Shown piece after piece: positions 1-11,037 of a stretch of DNA of 64,000 nucleotides. The stretch comes from a bacterium. GTDB lineage: Bacteria > UBA8248. A model generated the notes under the pieces. The model saw only the letters and a list, made by a program, of their open reading frames with translations. It had not been told where the DNA came from and did no database searches. The position numbers and the translations under genes are program-made. Each line of letters begins with the position of its first letter. The first letter of the stretch is position 1. The stretch lies in NCBI GenBank assembly GCA_965199855.1, contig OZ241326.1, forward strand, positions 32,001-96,000. Direction: 5' to 3'.

Positions 1-134
1 CATGTTCGCCTCCCCTCCGAGGGTGAAGCGACGCGCGGCCTCCCGGAAGCATATCCGCTTCGGGGGCCGTTCGCCGCGAGTCATCCCGGGACGATCGCCC
101 GTCCCGCCTGACCGAATCCTGCGCGTGAGGCTCC

Positions 135-164
135 ATTAAAGCAGGATTGGGGGGATCGCGTCAA
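135..164 (-). promoter_or_regulatory. Putative sigma-70 promoter for a minus-strand gene whose ATG is at position 3 (gene runs off the left edge)
   Basis: Minus strand reads TTGACG-18nt-TTTAAT. GGAGG RBS lies just before the ATG at 3. An inverted repeat AATCCTGC/GCAGGATT flanks the -10 element. Confidence 0.45.
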
Positions 165-1621
165 GACTTCCCTTCGGCGGCGGAAGCGGCCCTCGCGCCG
201 TCCTGCAGGTCGGGGCTTCTCTTTCGCCATTCGGGAGTCGCCTGCTCGTAGGCGCGGCCGATGCGGAGCCCGCGGGCCTCGTCGCCGGGCAGGTTCGTAA
301 TCTGCATCGCCATCGGCAGCCCGCGTTCGGAATCAAAGCCCGTGGGCACCATCAGGCCGGGGAAGCCGAAAAAATTCTGAATCCCCGTCAGATTCCGGCC
401 CAGACCAATGAAGTCCACCTCCTTCCCGTTGACGGTCGCCATCGTCGTTTCGACGGGCGCGGCGAGGCAGGGATAGCCGGGCGAGAGCATCGCGTCATAA
501 GGCTTCATCAGGTCGGTCATCAAGCGCGTCAGCGCCCTGCGGCGATGGAGCGCGTCCATATACATCGCCGGCGTGGTTTTTTCGGCGTTCGCGATTCGCT
601 CCCGCAGGCGAACGCCGTAGCCTTCCGGGTGGCTGCGGAAGCGCTCGCCGTGAACGCGATAGAACTCCGCGTCCGCTATCGCCCGGCGGTGCGGGTTGAT
701 CTCCCCGGCGAACGCGCAGCGCGCCTCCTCGATTTTCGCGCCCAGCCCGCCCAGCGCGCCGAGCGCGGCCTCGAACGCCTCCGCGATCGGCCTGTCGATA
801 TCGACGTCGATCAGGTCGGGGCAGACCATGAGGCGCATTCCGGCGACGCCCTTCTCCAGATCGGCGGAAAAATCGGGCGTTCTCAAGTCGCGGGAAAACG
901 GATCGTCCGGATCCCAGCCGGCGATCGCCTGCAGCAGCAGGGCGCAGTCGCGCACGGTTCGCGTCAGCGGCCCGACGTGATCCAGGCTGACCGCGTTGGG
1001 ATAGACCCCGCGCAGGCTGATCCGCCCGTAGGTCGGCTTCATGCCCACGACGCCGCAAATCGCCGCCGGCCCCCGCACCGATCCCCCGGTGTCGGTTCCG
1101 AGCGCGCCGGGCGTCATCCGCGCGGCGACCGCCGCGCCCGAGCCGCCGCTGGAGCCCGCGGGCACGCGGGAGGCGTCCCAGGGGTTGCGGCACGCCCCGT
1201 AGTGCGGGTTCTTGGTCGCCGATTCCGCGGCGAACTCCGCCGTGCTGCACTTGCCTATCATGACGGCGCCGGCTTCACGGAGCCGCCGGACGCATTCCGC
1301 GTCCTCCGCCGGCACGTTGCGGCTGAAAAAACCGGAGCCCTGCGTGGTGCGGACGCCCGCCGTGTCGATGATGTCCTTCACGCCGATGGGCACGCCGTGC
1401 AGCGGCCCCCGAAGCCCGCCGGCCGCGATTTCGTCCTCGGCCGCTTTCGCCTCGGCGCGCGCGCGGCCGCGCGCCACGGTCGTGAACGCGTTCAAGACCG
1501 GGTTGAGGGCGTCGATCCGCGCCAAGTGCGCGTCCGTCACCTCCACCGGCGACAAGTCTCCGCCGGCGATTCCCTTCGACAAATCCTCAATCGTGAGATC
1601 GCAGATTCCGGGTCCGGCCAT
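161..1621 (-). CDS. Amidase signature family protein (GatA-like)
   Basis: Motifs GPLHGVPIGVKD, GSSGGSGAAV and LGTDTGGSVRGPA (Lys-Ser-Ser triad). Confidence 0.9.
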   Translation of the reverse strand: MAGPGICDLTIEDLSKGIAGGDLSPVEVTDAHLARIDALNPVLNAFTTVARGRARAEAKAAEDEIAAGGLRGPLHGVPIGVKDIIDTAGVRTTQGSGFFSRNVPAEDAECVRRLREAGAVMIGKCSTAEFAAESATKNPHYGACRNPWDASRVPAGSSGGSGAAVAARMTPGALGTDTGGSVRGPAAICGVVGMKPTYGRISLRGVYPNAVSLDHVGPLTRTVRDCALLLQAIAGWDPDDPFSRDLRTPDFSADLEKGVAGMRLMVCPDLIDVDIDRPIAEAFEAALGALGGLGAKIEEARCAFAGEINPHRRAIADAEFYRVHGERFRSHPEGYGVRLRERIANAEKTTPAMYMDALHRRRALTRLMTDLMKPYDAMLSPGYPCLAAPVETTMATVNGKEVDFIGLGRNLTGIQNFFGFPGLMVPTGFDSERGLPMAMQITNLPGDEARGLRIGRAYEQATPEWRKRSPDLQDGARAASAAEGKS

Positions 1622-1732
1622 TCTCTCCCCCTCGTTCCGCAAGCTCCCGCCAGGCGCGCCGCCGCCCTCGCCGACGCGCGTTCAGGCGCGGGCCCATTGC
1701 GGATCGCAACGAACGCGAAAGGAATCTTCCGG

Positions 1733-1805
<73 letters not shown>

Positions 1806-1902
1806 GGGACGCGGAGCGGACGCCCGACCGACCGGGCGCGCTCCCCATCGCCCGGCCTTCCCCGAAAGGCGAGCGTTCGCGGCCTTCGCCGGGAAGGCGG
1901 CA

Positions 1903-1931
1903 ATTCTAGGGCGACCGCCCCCGGGCGTCAA
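1903..1931 (-). promoter_or_regulatory. Sigma-70 promoter for tRNA-Phe
   Basis: TTGACG-17nt-TAGAAT on the minus strand, about 100 nt upstream of the tRNA. Confidence 0.7.
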
Positions 1932-1952
1932 GGCGGAAGCGGCCCCGCCCGC

Positions 1953-1981
1953 TTGATGCCGCGTCCGCTCCCGCTTATGGT
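1953..1981 (+). promoter_or_regulatory. Sigma-70 promoter giving a probable leaderless mRNA
   Basis: TTGATG-17nt-TATGGT ends 6 nt before the ATG at 1988. No Shine-Dalgarno sequence is present. Confidence 0.55.
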
Positions 1982-1987
1982 GCGCGA

Positions 1988-3013
1988 ATGGCGAATTCCT
2001 CTCCGCTCCCCGTGGGCAAGCTTCCCCCGGATCTCCTGGGGAGCCTGCTCGAAAGCGCGCGCGGACACCCGCGCCTCCTCGTGGGGCCGCGGGTCGGGGA
2101 GGACGCGGCCGTCATCGACGTGGGGGATCGCTGCCTCGTCGCGAAGTCGGACCCCATCACCTTCGTGGAGGACGGCATCGGACGCTACGCCGTTCACGTG
2201 AACGCGAACGACGTCGCCTGCATGGGCGCCGTCCCGATGTGGTTCCTGATGACGCTGCTTCTGCCCGAAGGGCGAACCGACGAGGCGATGATAGGCCGCA
2301 TCTGGCGGGACGCGGAGGCGGCCTGCGCGGAGCTGGGCGTCACCCTGTGCGGCGGACACGCGGAGATCACGGCGGGGCTGGAGTTTCCGGTTCTTTCGGG
2401 CCACATGCTGGGAGAGGTTGCCCGGGAGAGGCTGGTGCGGGGCGCGGACGCCCGCGCGGGCGACGCGATCCTGCTGACCCGCGCCGTCCCCGTCGAGGGG
2501 ACGGCGATTCTGGCGAACGCGAAATACGACTTTCTGAAAGGCGTCATCGACCCCGAAGTCCTGGAGAGGGCGAAGGGATATCTCGATTCTCCGGGCATCA
2601 GCGTCGTCCCCCAGGCGCTCGCCGCGGCCGCGACGGGCCTCGCGCGCGCCATGCACGACCCGACCGAGGGGGGACTCGCCACGGGCGCGCGCGAACTGGC
2701 GGAGGCCGCCGGCCTCGGGGCGGCGCTGGAGGAGAGTGCCATCCCCATCTCGCGCGAGGGCGGCCTCATCTGCGAGGCGCTGGGGCTCGACCCCCTGGGC
2801 GTCATCACCTCGGGGGCGCTTCTGCTGGCGGCGCCGCCCGAGGCGGAGGAGCCTCTCCGGGAAGCCATCGGGGAGACGGGCGCGACGTGCGTCCGCATCG
2901 GCAGGCTATGCCCGCCCGGGCTGGGGGTGACGATGGAGAGCGGCGGGAAATCCCGCCCCCTCAGGCGCTTTCAGACCGATGAAGTCTCAAGAGCGATTCG
3001 AGGGGGCGAATGA
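1988..3013 (+). CDS. AIR synthase-related (PurM/HypE-like) family protein
   Basis: Motifs GKLPPDLL, VGEDAAV, KSDPITF, NANDVA, GGHAE and AMHDPTEGG. Confidence 0.85.
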   Translation: MANSSPLPVGKLPPDLLGSLLESARGHPRLLVGPRVGEDAAVIDVGDRCLVAKSDPITFVEDGIGRYAVHVNANDVACMGAVPMWFLMTLLLPEGRTDEAMIGRIWRDAEAACAELGVTLCGGHAEITAGLEFPVLSGHMLGEVARERLVRGADARAGDAILLTRAVPVEGTAILANAKYDFLKGVIDPEVLERAKGYLDSPGISVVPQALAAAATGLARAMHDPTEGGLATGARELAEAAGLGAALEESAIPISREGGLICEALGLDPLGVITSGALLLAAPPEAEEPLREAIGETGATCVRIGRLCPPGLGVTMESGGKSRPLRRFQTDEVSRAIRGGE

Positions 3014-3594
3014 ACCGGACGGCGTGCGGCGCGCTGCTGGACTTCGACGGCACGCTCACGAAGCCCGCCTTCGACTGGCCCGCGATGAAGGAGGAGATGG
3101 GGCTGCCGGACGGGGATATCTCGATTCTGGATCATCTCGCCGCCCTCCCGCCCGAGCGCGCCCGCCCCATAGCGGACATACTCGAGAAATACGAGCGGCG
3201 CGCCGCCGACCGCGCGGAAGCGGGCGAGGGGGCGCGCGAGCTGCTCGCCCACCTGCGGGCCAGGAAAATCCCCTTCGCCGTCGTGACGAACAACGCCGCG
3301 CGGCACGTCCGGCGCATGGCGAAAAAAATCGACGTCTCCATCGAGACGCTGATCACCCGGGACATGGGCTGCTGGAAGCCGGACCCCCGGCCCCTGCTCG
3401 CCGGCGCCCGCGCCATCGGCGTCGCGCCCGATCGGTGCGTCGTCATCGGCGACGGCCGATACGACATGATGGCCGCCAGGGCGGCGGGAATGCTGTCCGT
3501 CCACCTGGCCTCGTCCTTCGCCGTCCCCAGCGACTTCACCCTCCCCAGCCTGCGGGCGGCGCCCGCGCTGCTCGACCGGCTCATCGACGCGTAA
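3010..3594 (+). CDS. HAD-family hydrolase
   Basis: DFDGTL motif I, VVTNN, KPDP and IGDGRYD. Start overlaps the upstream stop (ATGA). Confidence 0.9.
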   Translation: MNRTACGALLDFDGTLTKPAFDWPAMKEEMGLPDGDISILDHLAALPPERARPIADILEKYERRAADRAEAGEGARELLAHLRARKIPFAVVTNNAARHVRRMAKKIDVSIETLITRDMGCWKPDPRPLLAGARAIGVAPDRCVVIGDGRYDMMAARAAGMLSVHLASSFAVPSDFTLPSLRAAPALLDRLIDA

Positions 3595-3770
3595 AGACCA
3601 GGGGCGCATCCCCGAAGGGACGCGCCCCGTGATGGCGGGAATCCGCCCGCGCCTCCGGGCGAATTTTTTGGCGAGACGTCAGTGAATCAGCGTCCGGGAG
3701 TCCTTCTGCTGATCACCGGGGAGAAAGGGCTCCTCTTTCAGGGGCCCGTTGAGGGCGCCAAGGCTCACGC
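3595..3770 (-). ncRNA. Candidate sigma-54-dependent small RNA (~170 nt)
   Basis: No credible ORF. Bounded by a -24/-12 promoter and the minus-strand hairpin. Contains several internal stems and GGA motifs. Confidence 0.45.
3601..3628 (-). terminator. Intrinsic terminator-like hairpin
   Basis: Minus strand GGGGCGCGTCCC-TTCG-GGGATGCGCCCC followed by TGGTCTTT. The cUUCGg loop and a G-U pair form only on the minus strand. Confidence 0.65.
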
Positions 3771-3780
3771 CCCTGGATAA

Positions 3781-3797
3781 AGCACGAACCGTGCCAA
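3781..3797 (-). promoter_or_regulatory. Sigma-54 (-24/-12) promoter
   Basis: TTGGCACGGTTCGTGCT has exact GG-N10-GC spacing and matches TGGCACG-N4-TTGC at all but one base. Confidence 0.65.
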
Positions 3798-3962
3798 AAA
3801 GCCCCGCATCTTCCGCCCGGAAAAAGAAAAACCCATAAAGTCTCGCGGAATCAAGGGGATGCGAGGAGAGAAAAAGCCGCGGTGGAGACGGGGAAGGCGC
3901 CTCCGGCTTCCGAGGGGAGGCGCAACGTTTTGCCTGTTTTTCGGGAATCCGGGGCTTTCGCG

Positions 3963-3975
3963 TGACAAAATGTCA
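3963..3975. promoter_or_regulatory. Palindromic operator or enhancer (UAS) candidate
   Basis: Perfect TGACA-AAA-TGTCA about 170 bp upstream of the sigma-54 site, with A-tracts in between. Confidence 0.45.
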
Positions 3976-4059
3976 ATAGGAGGGCGGGCGAAAGCGAGGA
4001 GCCCCGAAAGGCGCGTTTCCGTTTGAGCGGGAGGCGGAAAATCGCCCGGCCAGACTTCC

Positions 4060-5562
4060 CTAGATGAAGCCGGCCACGGTTCCCTTCGCCGCGTCGAGGA
4101 AGCTGCCGGGGAACAGACCCAGAAGCAGCGTCGCCGCCACCAGAAGCGCCAGCGCGAAGAGCAGCGAGGGCGCCTTCGAGAAGCCCGCCGCCGCCTGCGC
4201 CTCCCCCCGGTTCTCCATGAACATCACCATGATGACGCGCCCGTAGTAATACATCGACACCGCGCTCGTCAGAAGCCCGACGGCGGCGAGCCAGTAATAC
4301 TCGTTCTGCACCGCGGCGGCGAACAGGTAGAGCTTGCCGACGAAGCCGGCCGTCGGCGGAATGCCGCCCAGCGAGAGCAGGAACACCACGAAGGCCAGCC
4401 CCGCCCAGGGGTGCGCCTGCCCGACGCCCTTCCAGTCCTCGATCCTGTCTCCCCGCCAGCCCTCCCTGCACGCCAGCGCGAGCATCCCGAAGGCGCCCAG
4501 GTTGGTGAACAGGTAGGCGAGCAGATAGAACATCACCGCGCTCACCCCCAGGGCGCTGAACTCCGCCCTGCCGTCCACGACGCGCAGCGAGGCCACCACG
4601 CCCATCAGAACGTAGCCCGCGTGTCCGATGCTCGAATACGCGAGCATCCGCTTGAGGCTCGTCTGGGCGATGGCCGCCACGTTGCCCCAGACCATCGTGA
4701 AGGCCGTGAGCGCCCACAGCAGGGCGCTCCACCTCTCGGCCATGGCCGGGAGCGCGAGGAAGAATATCCGCATCAGGGCGGCCACGACCGCGAACTTCAC
4801 GGCCACGGACATGAAGCCCGTAATCGGCGTCGGCGCGCCGGTGTAGGCGTCGGGCAGCCACATGTGAAACGGCGCCAGCGCCATCTTGAACGCGAAGCCC
4901 GCCGTCAGGAGGATCAGCCCGAAAACCATCATCGGGCTCGAGGCGATCGCCGCGCCGCCCTCGCCCGAGAGCGCCGCCGCGATGCCGCGAATCGAGGTCG
5001 TTCCGGCGAGCCCGTAGGTCAGGGCGATGCCGTAGAGGAGAACGCCGGAGGCGAAGGCGCCCATCAGGAAATACTTGAGGCCCGCCTCCCGGCTCAGGGG
5101 GTCGCGGCGCATGAACGCCACCAGCACGTAGATGCTGATGCTCATGGTCTCGACGCCCAGATAGATCGTGAGCAAATCGTTGCCCGAGGCCAGCACCAGC
5201 ATCCCGAACACCGAGAAGAGCAGCATGGCGTACAGCTCGCCGTAGCTGATCTTCTCCACCTTGGCGTATTGCAGGAGCAGCAGAATCGAGATGGCCGCGC
5301 AGAGAAGCACGCACGCCTTCACGAACGCGCTGAGGTTGTCCGCCACGTAGAAGCCGTTGAAGGTCGTCCGCGACCCCTCGCCCCACTGCCCGAGGACGAC
5401 CAGCGCGAGAGCGGCGACCCCGACGAGGGCGAAGACGCCCACGCGCGACTTGTTCTCCAGCGGCGTGAACAGATCGAGGATCAGCGCGAGGCAGATGAGA
5501 GCGGCCAGCCCTATCTCGGGCGCGGCCAGAGAGAGGGAGACGTCGGGAATCACCACTTGCAT
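4060..5562 (-). CDS. nuoN: NADH-quinone oxidoreductase subunit N (copy 2)
   Basis: EAGLKYFLMGAFASG, FKMALAPFHMWLPDAYTGAP and KRMLAYSSIGH. Confidence 0.95.
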   Translation of the reverse strand: MQVVIPDVSLSLAAPEIGLAALICLALILDLFTPLENKSRVGVFALVGVAALALVVLGQWGEGSRTTFNGFYVADNLSAFVKACVLLCAAISILLLLQYAKVEKISYGELYAMLLFSVFGMLVLASGNDLLTIYLGVETMSISIYVLVAFMRRDPLSREAGLKYFLMGAFASGVLLYGIALTYGLAGTTSIRGIAAALSGEGGAAIASSPMMVFGLILLTAGFAFKMALAPFHMWLPDAYTGAPTPITGFMSVAVKFAVVAALMRIFFLALPAMAERWSALLWALTAFTMVWGNVAAIAQTSLKRMLAYSSIGHAGYVLMGVVASLRVVDGRAEFSALGVSAVMFYLLAYLFTNLGAFGMLALACREGWRGDRIEDWKGVGQAHPWAGLAFVVFLLSLGGIPPTAGFVGKLYLFAAAVQNEYYWLAAVGLLTSAVSMYYYGRVIMVMFMENRGEAQAAAGFSKAPSLLFALALLVAATLLLGLFPGSFLDAAKGTVAGFI

Positions 5563-5599
5563 GAGAAGGACTCCATCAGGTCAGGCGAGCGTTCGCCCG

Positions 5600-7147
<1,548 letters not shown>

Positions 7148-7171
7148 AATTCCTCCAGAAGCCCCAGCGCG

Positions 7172-9196
7172 TTAGCGGAAAAGGTATGCGCTCAGCATCA
7201 CGAAGACGCCCAGAAGCATGACGAAGAGATAGTTCTGCACCATGCCCGACTGAATGTATTTGAACACCTGGGAGAAGAAGCGGACGAAGCTCGCCGCGCC
7301 GTTCACCGCCCCGTCCACGGTGCGCAGGTCGAAGAAGCCGGAAAAGCGGCTCGTCACGACGGTGACGAGCGAGCTGCCGTTCACCGCCCCGTCCACCACC
7401 CTGGCGTCGAACGACCACAGGGCGCGCATGAGCCTGTAGATCGGCTCGACGACGCAGGCCTGGTAGATCTCGTCCACGTGGTATTTGCCCAGCAGGAGGC
7501 GGTAGAGGCCCGGCATCCGCCCGGCGAGGCGGTCCGGCGCCTCCGCGTCCTTCACGTACATCCGCCAGGCGAGGGCGATGCCGCCCGCGGCGATGAGAAT
7601 CGCCAGGACGATGAGCATGATCGCCGCAGGCCCCCCGTGCCCGCCGCCCCCGGCCGCCGCGGGCATCAGGCGCGCGCCGCCCTCCATGGCGTGGCCGCCG
7701 GCGGGCAGCTTCGCCAGCGAGGGGGCGAGGAAGCGGTGTATCCAGCCGGCCTCGGGCGGAAAGCCGGGAACCGCGCCGCCGACCACGCTGAGCGCCGCCA
7801 GGACGACGAGCGGGACGGTCATGCTGGCGGGCGACTCGTGAATGTGCTTGCGGGCGCGCGGGTCCGCCCGCGTCTCGCCGTGAAACGTCATGAAGACGAG
7901 GCGGAACATGTAGAAGGCCGTCATGAACGCGGCGGCGCTGCCCAGAATCCAGACCGCGTAGTGGCCCGTGAAGAAGGCGTTCGCCAGAATCTCGTCCTTG
8001 CTCCAGAAGCCCGCCAGCGGCGGGACGCCCGCGATGGCGAGGGCGCCGACGAGGAACGTCCAGTAGGTCACCGGCATCTTCGCCTTCAGGCCGCCCATGA
8101 AGCGCATGTCCTGCCGCTGGGCCTCGGGCGCGTGGTGAAGCGCGTGGATGACGCTGCCGCTGCCCAGAAAGAGCAGGCCCTTGAAGAAGGCGTGGGTCAT
8201 CAGATGGAAGACGCCGGCGGCGAAGGCGCCCACCCCCAGCGCCATGAACATGAAGCCCAGCTGGCTCACCGTGCTGTAGGCGAGCACGCGCTTGATGTCG
8301 TTCTGCGCCAGGCCGATGGTGGCGGCGAAAAAGCCCGTCAGCGCGCCCACGACGGCGATGACCTCGAGCGCGCCGGGCCCCATGACGTAGATGGGGCTCG
8401 CGCGGGCGACCATATAGACGCCCGCCGTCACCATGGTGGCGGCGTGGATGAGGGCGCTCACCGGGGTGGGGCCCTCCATCGCGTCCGGAAGCCAGACGTA
8501 GAGCGGAATCTGCGCGCTCTTGCCCGCCGCCCCCACGAACAGCAGGAGGCCGATGGCCGTCGCCCCCGCCGCGCCCAGCCCGGGCGCCGCCTCGAAGACC
8601 TCCGCGTAGGTGAGGCTCCCCGTCAGCGTCCAGATGAGGAACACGCCGAGCAGGAAGCCGGCGTCGCCGACGCGGTTGACGATGAACGCCTTCTTGCCGG
8701 CGTCGGAGGCGGAGCGCTTCTCGAACCAGAAGCCGATGAGGAGGTAGCTGCACAGCCCCACGCCCTCCCAGCCCACGAACATGACGAGGAAGTTGTCCCC
8801 CAGCACCAGGAGGAACATCGAGAGCATGAAGAGGTTGAGATAGGCGAAGAAGCGCGGGTAGCCGGGGTCGCCGCGCATGTAGCCCACCGAATAGACGTGC
8901 ACGAGAAAGCCCACGCCCGCCACCACCAGCAGCATGATGACGCTCAGGGGGTCGATGAGGAAGCTCATCGGCGCCTTCAGGCTTCCGGCCTCCACCCACG
9001 TCCACAGCGGCAGGGTGCGGCTGCCGCCCGCGCCGAGGATCATCTCGAAGGCGACGCCCAGGACGACCAGGAGCGAGAGGCCCGCCATGAGGGAGGCCAG
9101 GGGGCCCGACTTCTCGCCCAGAAGCCTGCCGAAGAAGCCGTTGATCAGCGCCCCGATCGCCGGAAAAACGGGAATGAGCCACGCCAGTTCGATCAT
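7172..9196 (-). CDS. nuoL: NADH-quinone oxidoreductase subunit L (copy 2)
   Basis: GKSAQIPLYVWLPDAMEGPTPVSALIHAATMV and THAFFKGLLFL. Confidence 0.95.
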   Translation of the reverse strand: MIELAWLIPVFPAIGALINGFFGRLLGEKSGPLASLMAGLSLLVVLGVAFEMILGAGGSRTLPLWTWVEAGSLKAPMSFLIDPLSVIMLLVVAGVGFLVHVYSVGYMRGDPGYPRFFAYLNLFMLSMFLLVLGDNFLVMFVGWEGVGLCSYLLIGFWFEKRSASDAGKKAFIVNRVGDAGFLLGVFLIWTLTGSLTYAEVFEAAPGLGAAGATAIGLLLFVGAAGKSAQIPLYVWLPDAMEGPTPVSALIHAATMVTAGVYMVARASPIYVMGPGALEVIAVVGALTGFFAATIGLAQNDIKRVLAYSTVSQLGFMFMALGVGAFAAGVFHLMTHAFFKGLLFLGSGSVIHALHHAPEAQRQDMRFMGGLKAKMPVTYWTFLVGALAIAGVPPLAGFWSKDEILANAFFTGHYAVWILGSAAAFMTAFYMFRLVFMTFHGETRADPRARKHIHESPASMTVPLVVLAALSVVGGAVPGFPPEAGWIHRFLAPSLAKLPAGGHAMEGGARLMPAAAGGGGHGGPAAIMLIVLAILIAAGGIALAWRMYVKDAEAPDRLAGRMPGLYRLLLGKYHVDEIYQACVVEPIYRLMRALWSFDARVVDGAVNGSSLVTVVTSRFSGFFDLRTVDGAVNGAASFVRFFSQVFKYIQSGMVQNYLFVMLLGVFVMLSAYLFR

Positions 9197-9203
9197 GATC
9201 GCC

Positions 9204-9506
9204 CTACCACTTCAAGAGGTTGACTTCGTCCACGTTCACCATCGCGCGGTCGCGGTTCAGCGCGATGAGAATCGCCAGGCCGACCGCCGCCTCGCACGCC
9301 GCCACGGTGATGACGAAGATGGCGAACACCTGGCCCGTCATGTCCCCCAGGTGGCGCGAGAAGCCCACGAAGGTCACGTTCACCGCGTTGAGCATCAGCT
9401 CGATGGACAGCAGGATGATGATGGCGTTTCGGCGCATCAGCACGCCCGCCGCGCCGATGAGGAACAGGACGGCTCCCAGGGCGAGAAAATGGGTCATCGG
9501 TATCAT
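9204..9506 (-). CDS. nuoK: NADH-quinone oxidoreductase subunit K (copy 2)
   Basis: [17 protein letters not shown] and [10 protein letters not shown]; 100 aa. Confidence 0.95.
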   Translation of the reverse strand: MIPMTHFLALGAVLFLIGAAGVLMRRNAIIILLSIELMLNAVNVTFVGFSRHLGDMTGQVFAIFVITVAACEAAVGLAILIALNRDRAMVNVDEVNLLKW

Positions 9507-9522
9507 CGCTTCTCTCTCCGCG

Positions 9523-10032
9523 CTATCGCTCTATCTCGCGCTTCGCCAGGACGATGGCGCCGATCATCGCGGCCAGCAGGAGGACGGAAGCGACCTCGAA
9601 GGGGAACAGGAACTTCGTGTACAGGACGGCGCCGAGCGCCTCGACGTTGCCGGGCGTGGCGCCCAGCGGCCAGTCCCACGCCTTCGGCGCCCCGAAGCGC
9701 GCCTCCCCCAGCACCGCCCATATCTCCAGCCCCAGGAGGGCGGCCGCGGCGAGCGCAAGAGCGCCCTGGCGGTGCCACTGCCGCATCCGCACGGCGACCT
9801 CCACGTTCATCAGCATGATCGAGAACAGATACAGCACCATGATGCCGCCCGCGTAGAGGAGCACCTGCACCGCCGCCAGAAACTCCGCCCCCGCCAGCAC
9901 GAACACGCCCGCGAGGAAGAAGAAGGTCATCACCAGCAACAGCGCCGCGTGAATGACGTTCGCGCGCGTGATCATCAGCAGGGAGGTGAGAATCGTCCCG
10001 CCGGCGAACAGATAAAAGAAATACAGCTCCAC
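9523..10032 (-). CDS. nuoJ: NADH-quinone oxidoreductase subunit J (copy 2)
   Basis: [22 protein letters not shown] and [17 protein letters not shown]. Confidence 0.95.
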   Translation of the reverse strand: MELYFFYLFAGGTILTSLLMITRANVIHAALLLVMTFFFLAGVFVLAGAEFLAAVQVLLYAGGIMVLYLFSIMLMNVEVAVRMRQWHRQGALALAAAALLGLEIWAVLGEARFGAPKAWDWPLGATPGNVEALGAVLYTKFLFPFEVASVLLLAAMIGAIVLAKREIER

Positions 10033-10053
10033 CTTGCGCCTCTCCCACGCGGG

Positions 10054-11019
10054 CTACAGGAACAGATACTTGAGGAATCCCGTCAGGAAAATGTTGATCA
10101 TCACGAGCGGGAACATGAACTTCCAGCCCACCCGCATGAGCTGATCGTAGCGGTAGCGCGGCAGCGTCGCGCGCAGCCAGATGAACACGAAGATCATCGC
10201 GGCCAGCTTGAGCAGATACCAGACGAAGCCGGGCAGGGGGATGAAGTCCGGCCCCTCCCAGCCGCCGAAGAACAGCGTGACGCCCACCGTGGAGACGACC
10301 ATGATGTTCGCGTATTCCGCCAGGAAGAAGAGGGCGAACTTCATCCCGCTGTATTCGGTGTGAAAGCCCGCCACCAGCTCGGTCTCCGCCTCGGGCAGGT
10401 CGAAGGGCACCCGGTTCGTCTCGGCGAGGGCGGCGATGAAGAAGACGATGAACGCGATGGGCTGGTAGAACACGAACCAGACGTCGCTCTGCGCCCGCAC
10501 GATCTCCTGCATGTTCAGGGAGCCGGCGAGCATGAGCGGCCCGATGACGGAGAAGCCGAGGAAAATCTCGTAGCTCAGCATCTGCGCCGCGCTCCGCAGC
10601 GCGCCCAGAAGCGAGTATTTGCTGTTCGAGGCCCAGCCCGCCATCACGATGCCGAACACGCCGAGGGAGCTGATCGCCAGGATGAAGAACAGCCCGATGT
10701 TCACCTGCGTGATGTAGAACGTCGCGCTGAAGGGCAACACCGAATAGACGACGAAGGCGGGCACCAGCACGATGACGGGGGCGAGGACGAACACGACCCG
10801 ATCCGCCTTGTCGGGGATGATGTCCTCCTTCAGGAACAGCTTCAGCCCGTCGGCTATCGGCTGGAGCAGGCCGTGCCAGCCCACGCGCATGGGGCCCATC
10901 CGCAGCTGGATGTGCGCGATGACCTTGCGCTCGACGTAGGTCAGATACGCCACGACGAGCTGCACCACGTTCAGCACGATGAATATCTTGATCGCGGCGA
11001 CCGCGATTTCGAGTCCCAT
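10054..11019 (-). CDS. nuoH: NADH-quinone oxidoreductase subunit H (copy 2)
   Basis: [24 protein letters not shown] and [13 protein letters not shown]. Confidence 0.95.
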   Translation of the reverse strand: MGLEIAVAAIKIFIVLNVVQLVVAYLTYVERKVIAHIQLRMGPMRVGWHGLLQPIADGLKLFLKEDIIPDKADRVVFVLAPVIVLVPAFVVYSVLPFSATFYITQVNIGLFFILAISSLGVFGIVMAGWASNSKYSLLGALRSAAQMLSYEIFLGFSVIGPLMLAGSLNMQEIVRAQSDVWFVFYQPIAFIVFFIAALAETNRVPFDLPEAETELVAGFHTEYSGMKFALFFLAEYANIMVVSTVGVTLFFGGWEGPDFIPLPGFVWYLLKLAAMIFVFIWLRATLPRYRYDQLMRVGWKFMFPLVMINIFLTGFLKYLFL

Positions 11020-11037
11020 GTCCAGGCGCCCCGCTCC

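Noticed and set aside
1988-3013. selD or hypE call for the PurM-fold protein
   Set aside because: It lacks the N-terminal Cys/Sec-x-x-Lys of SelD and the C-terminal PRIC of HypE.
3660-3790. SAM-I or glycine riboswitch (TTATCCAG and CTTTCAGG fragments)
   Set aside because: The remaining core motifs are absent and no downstream gene is oriented to be regulated.
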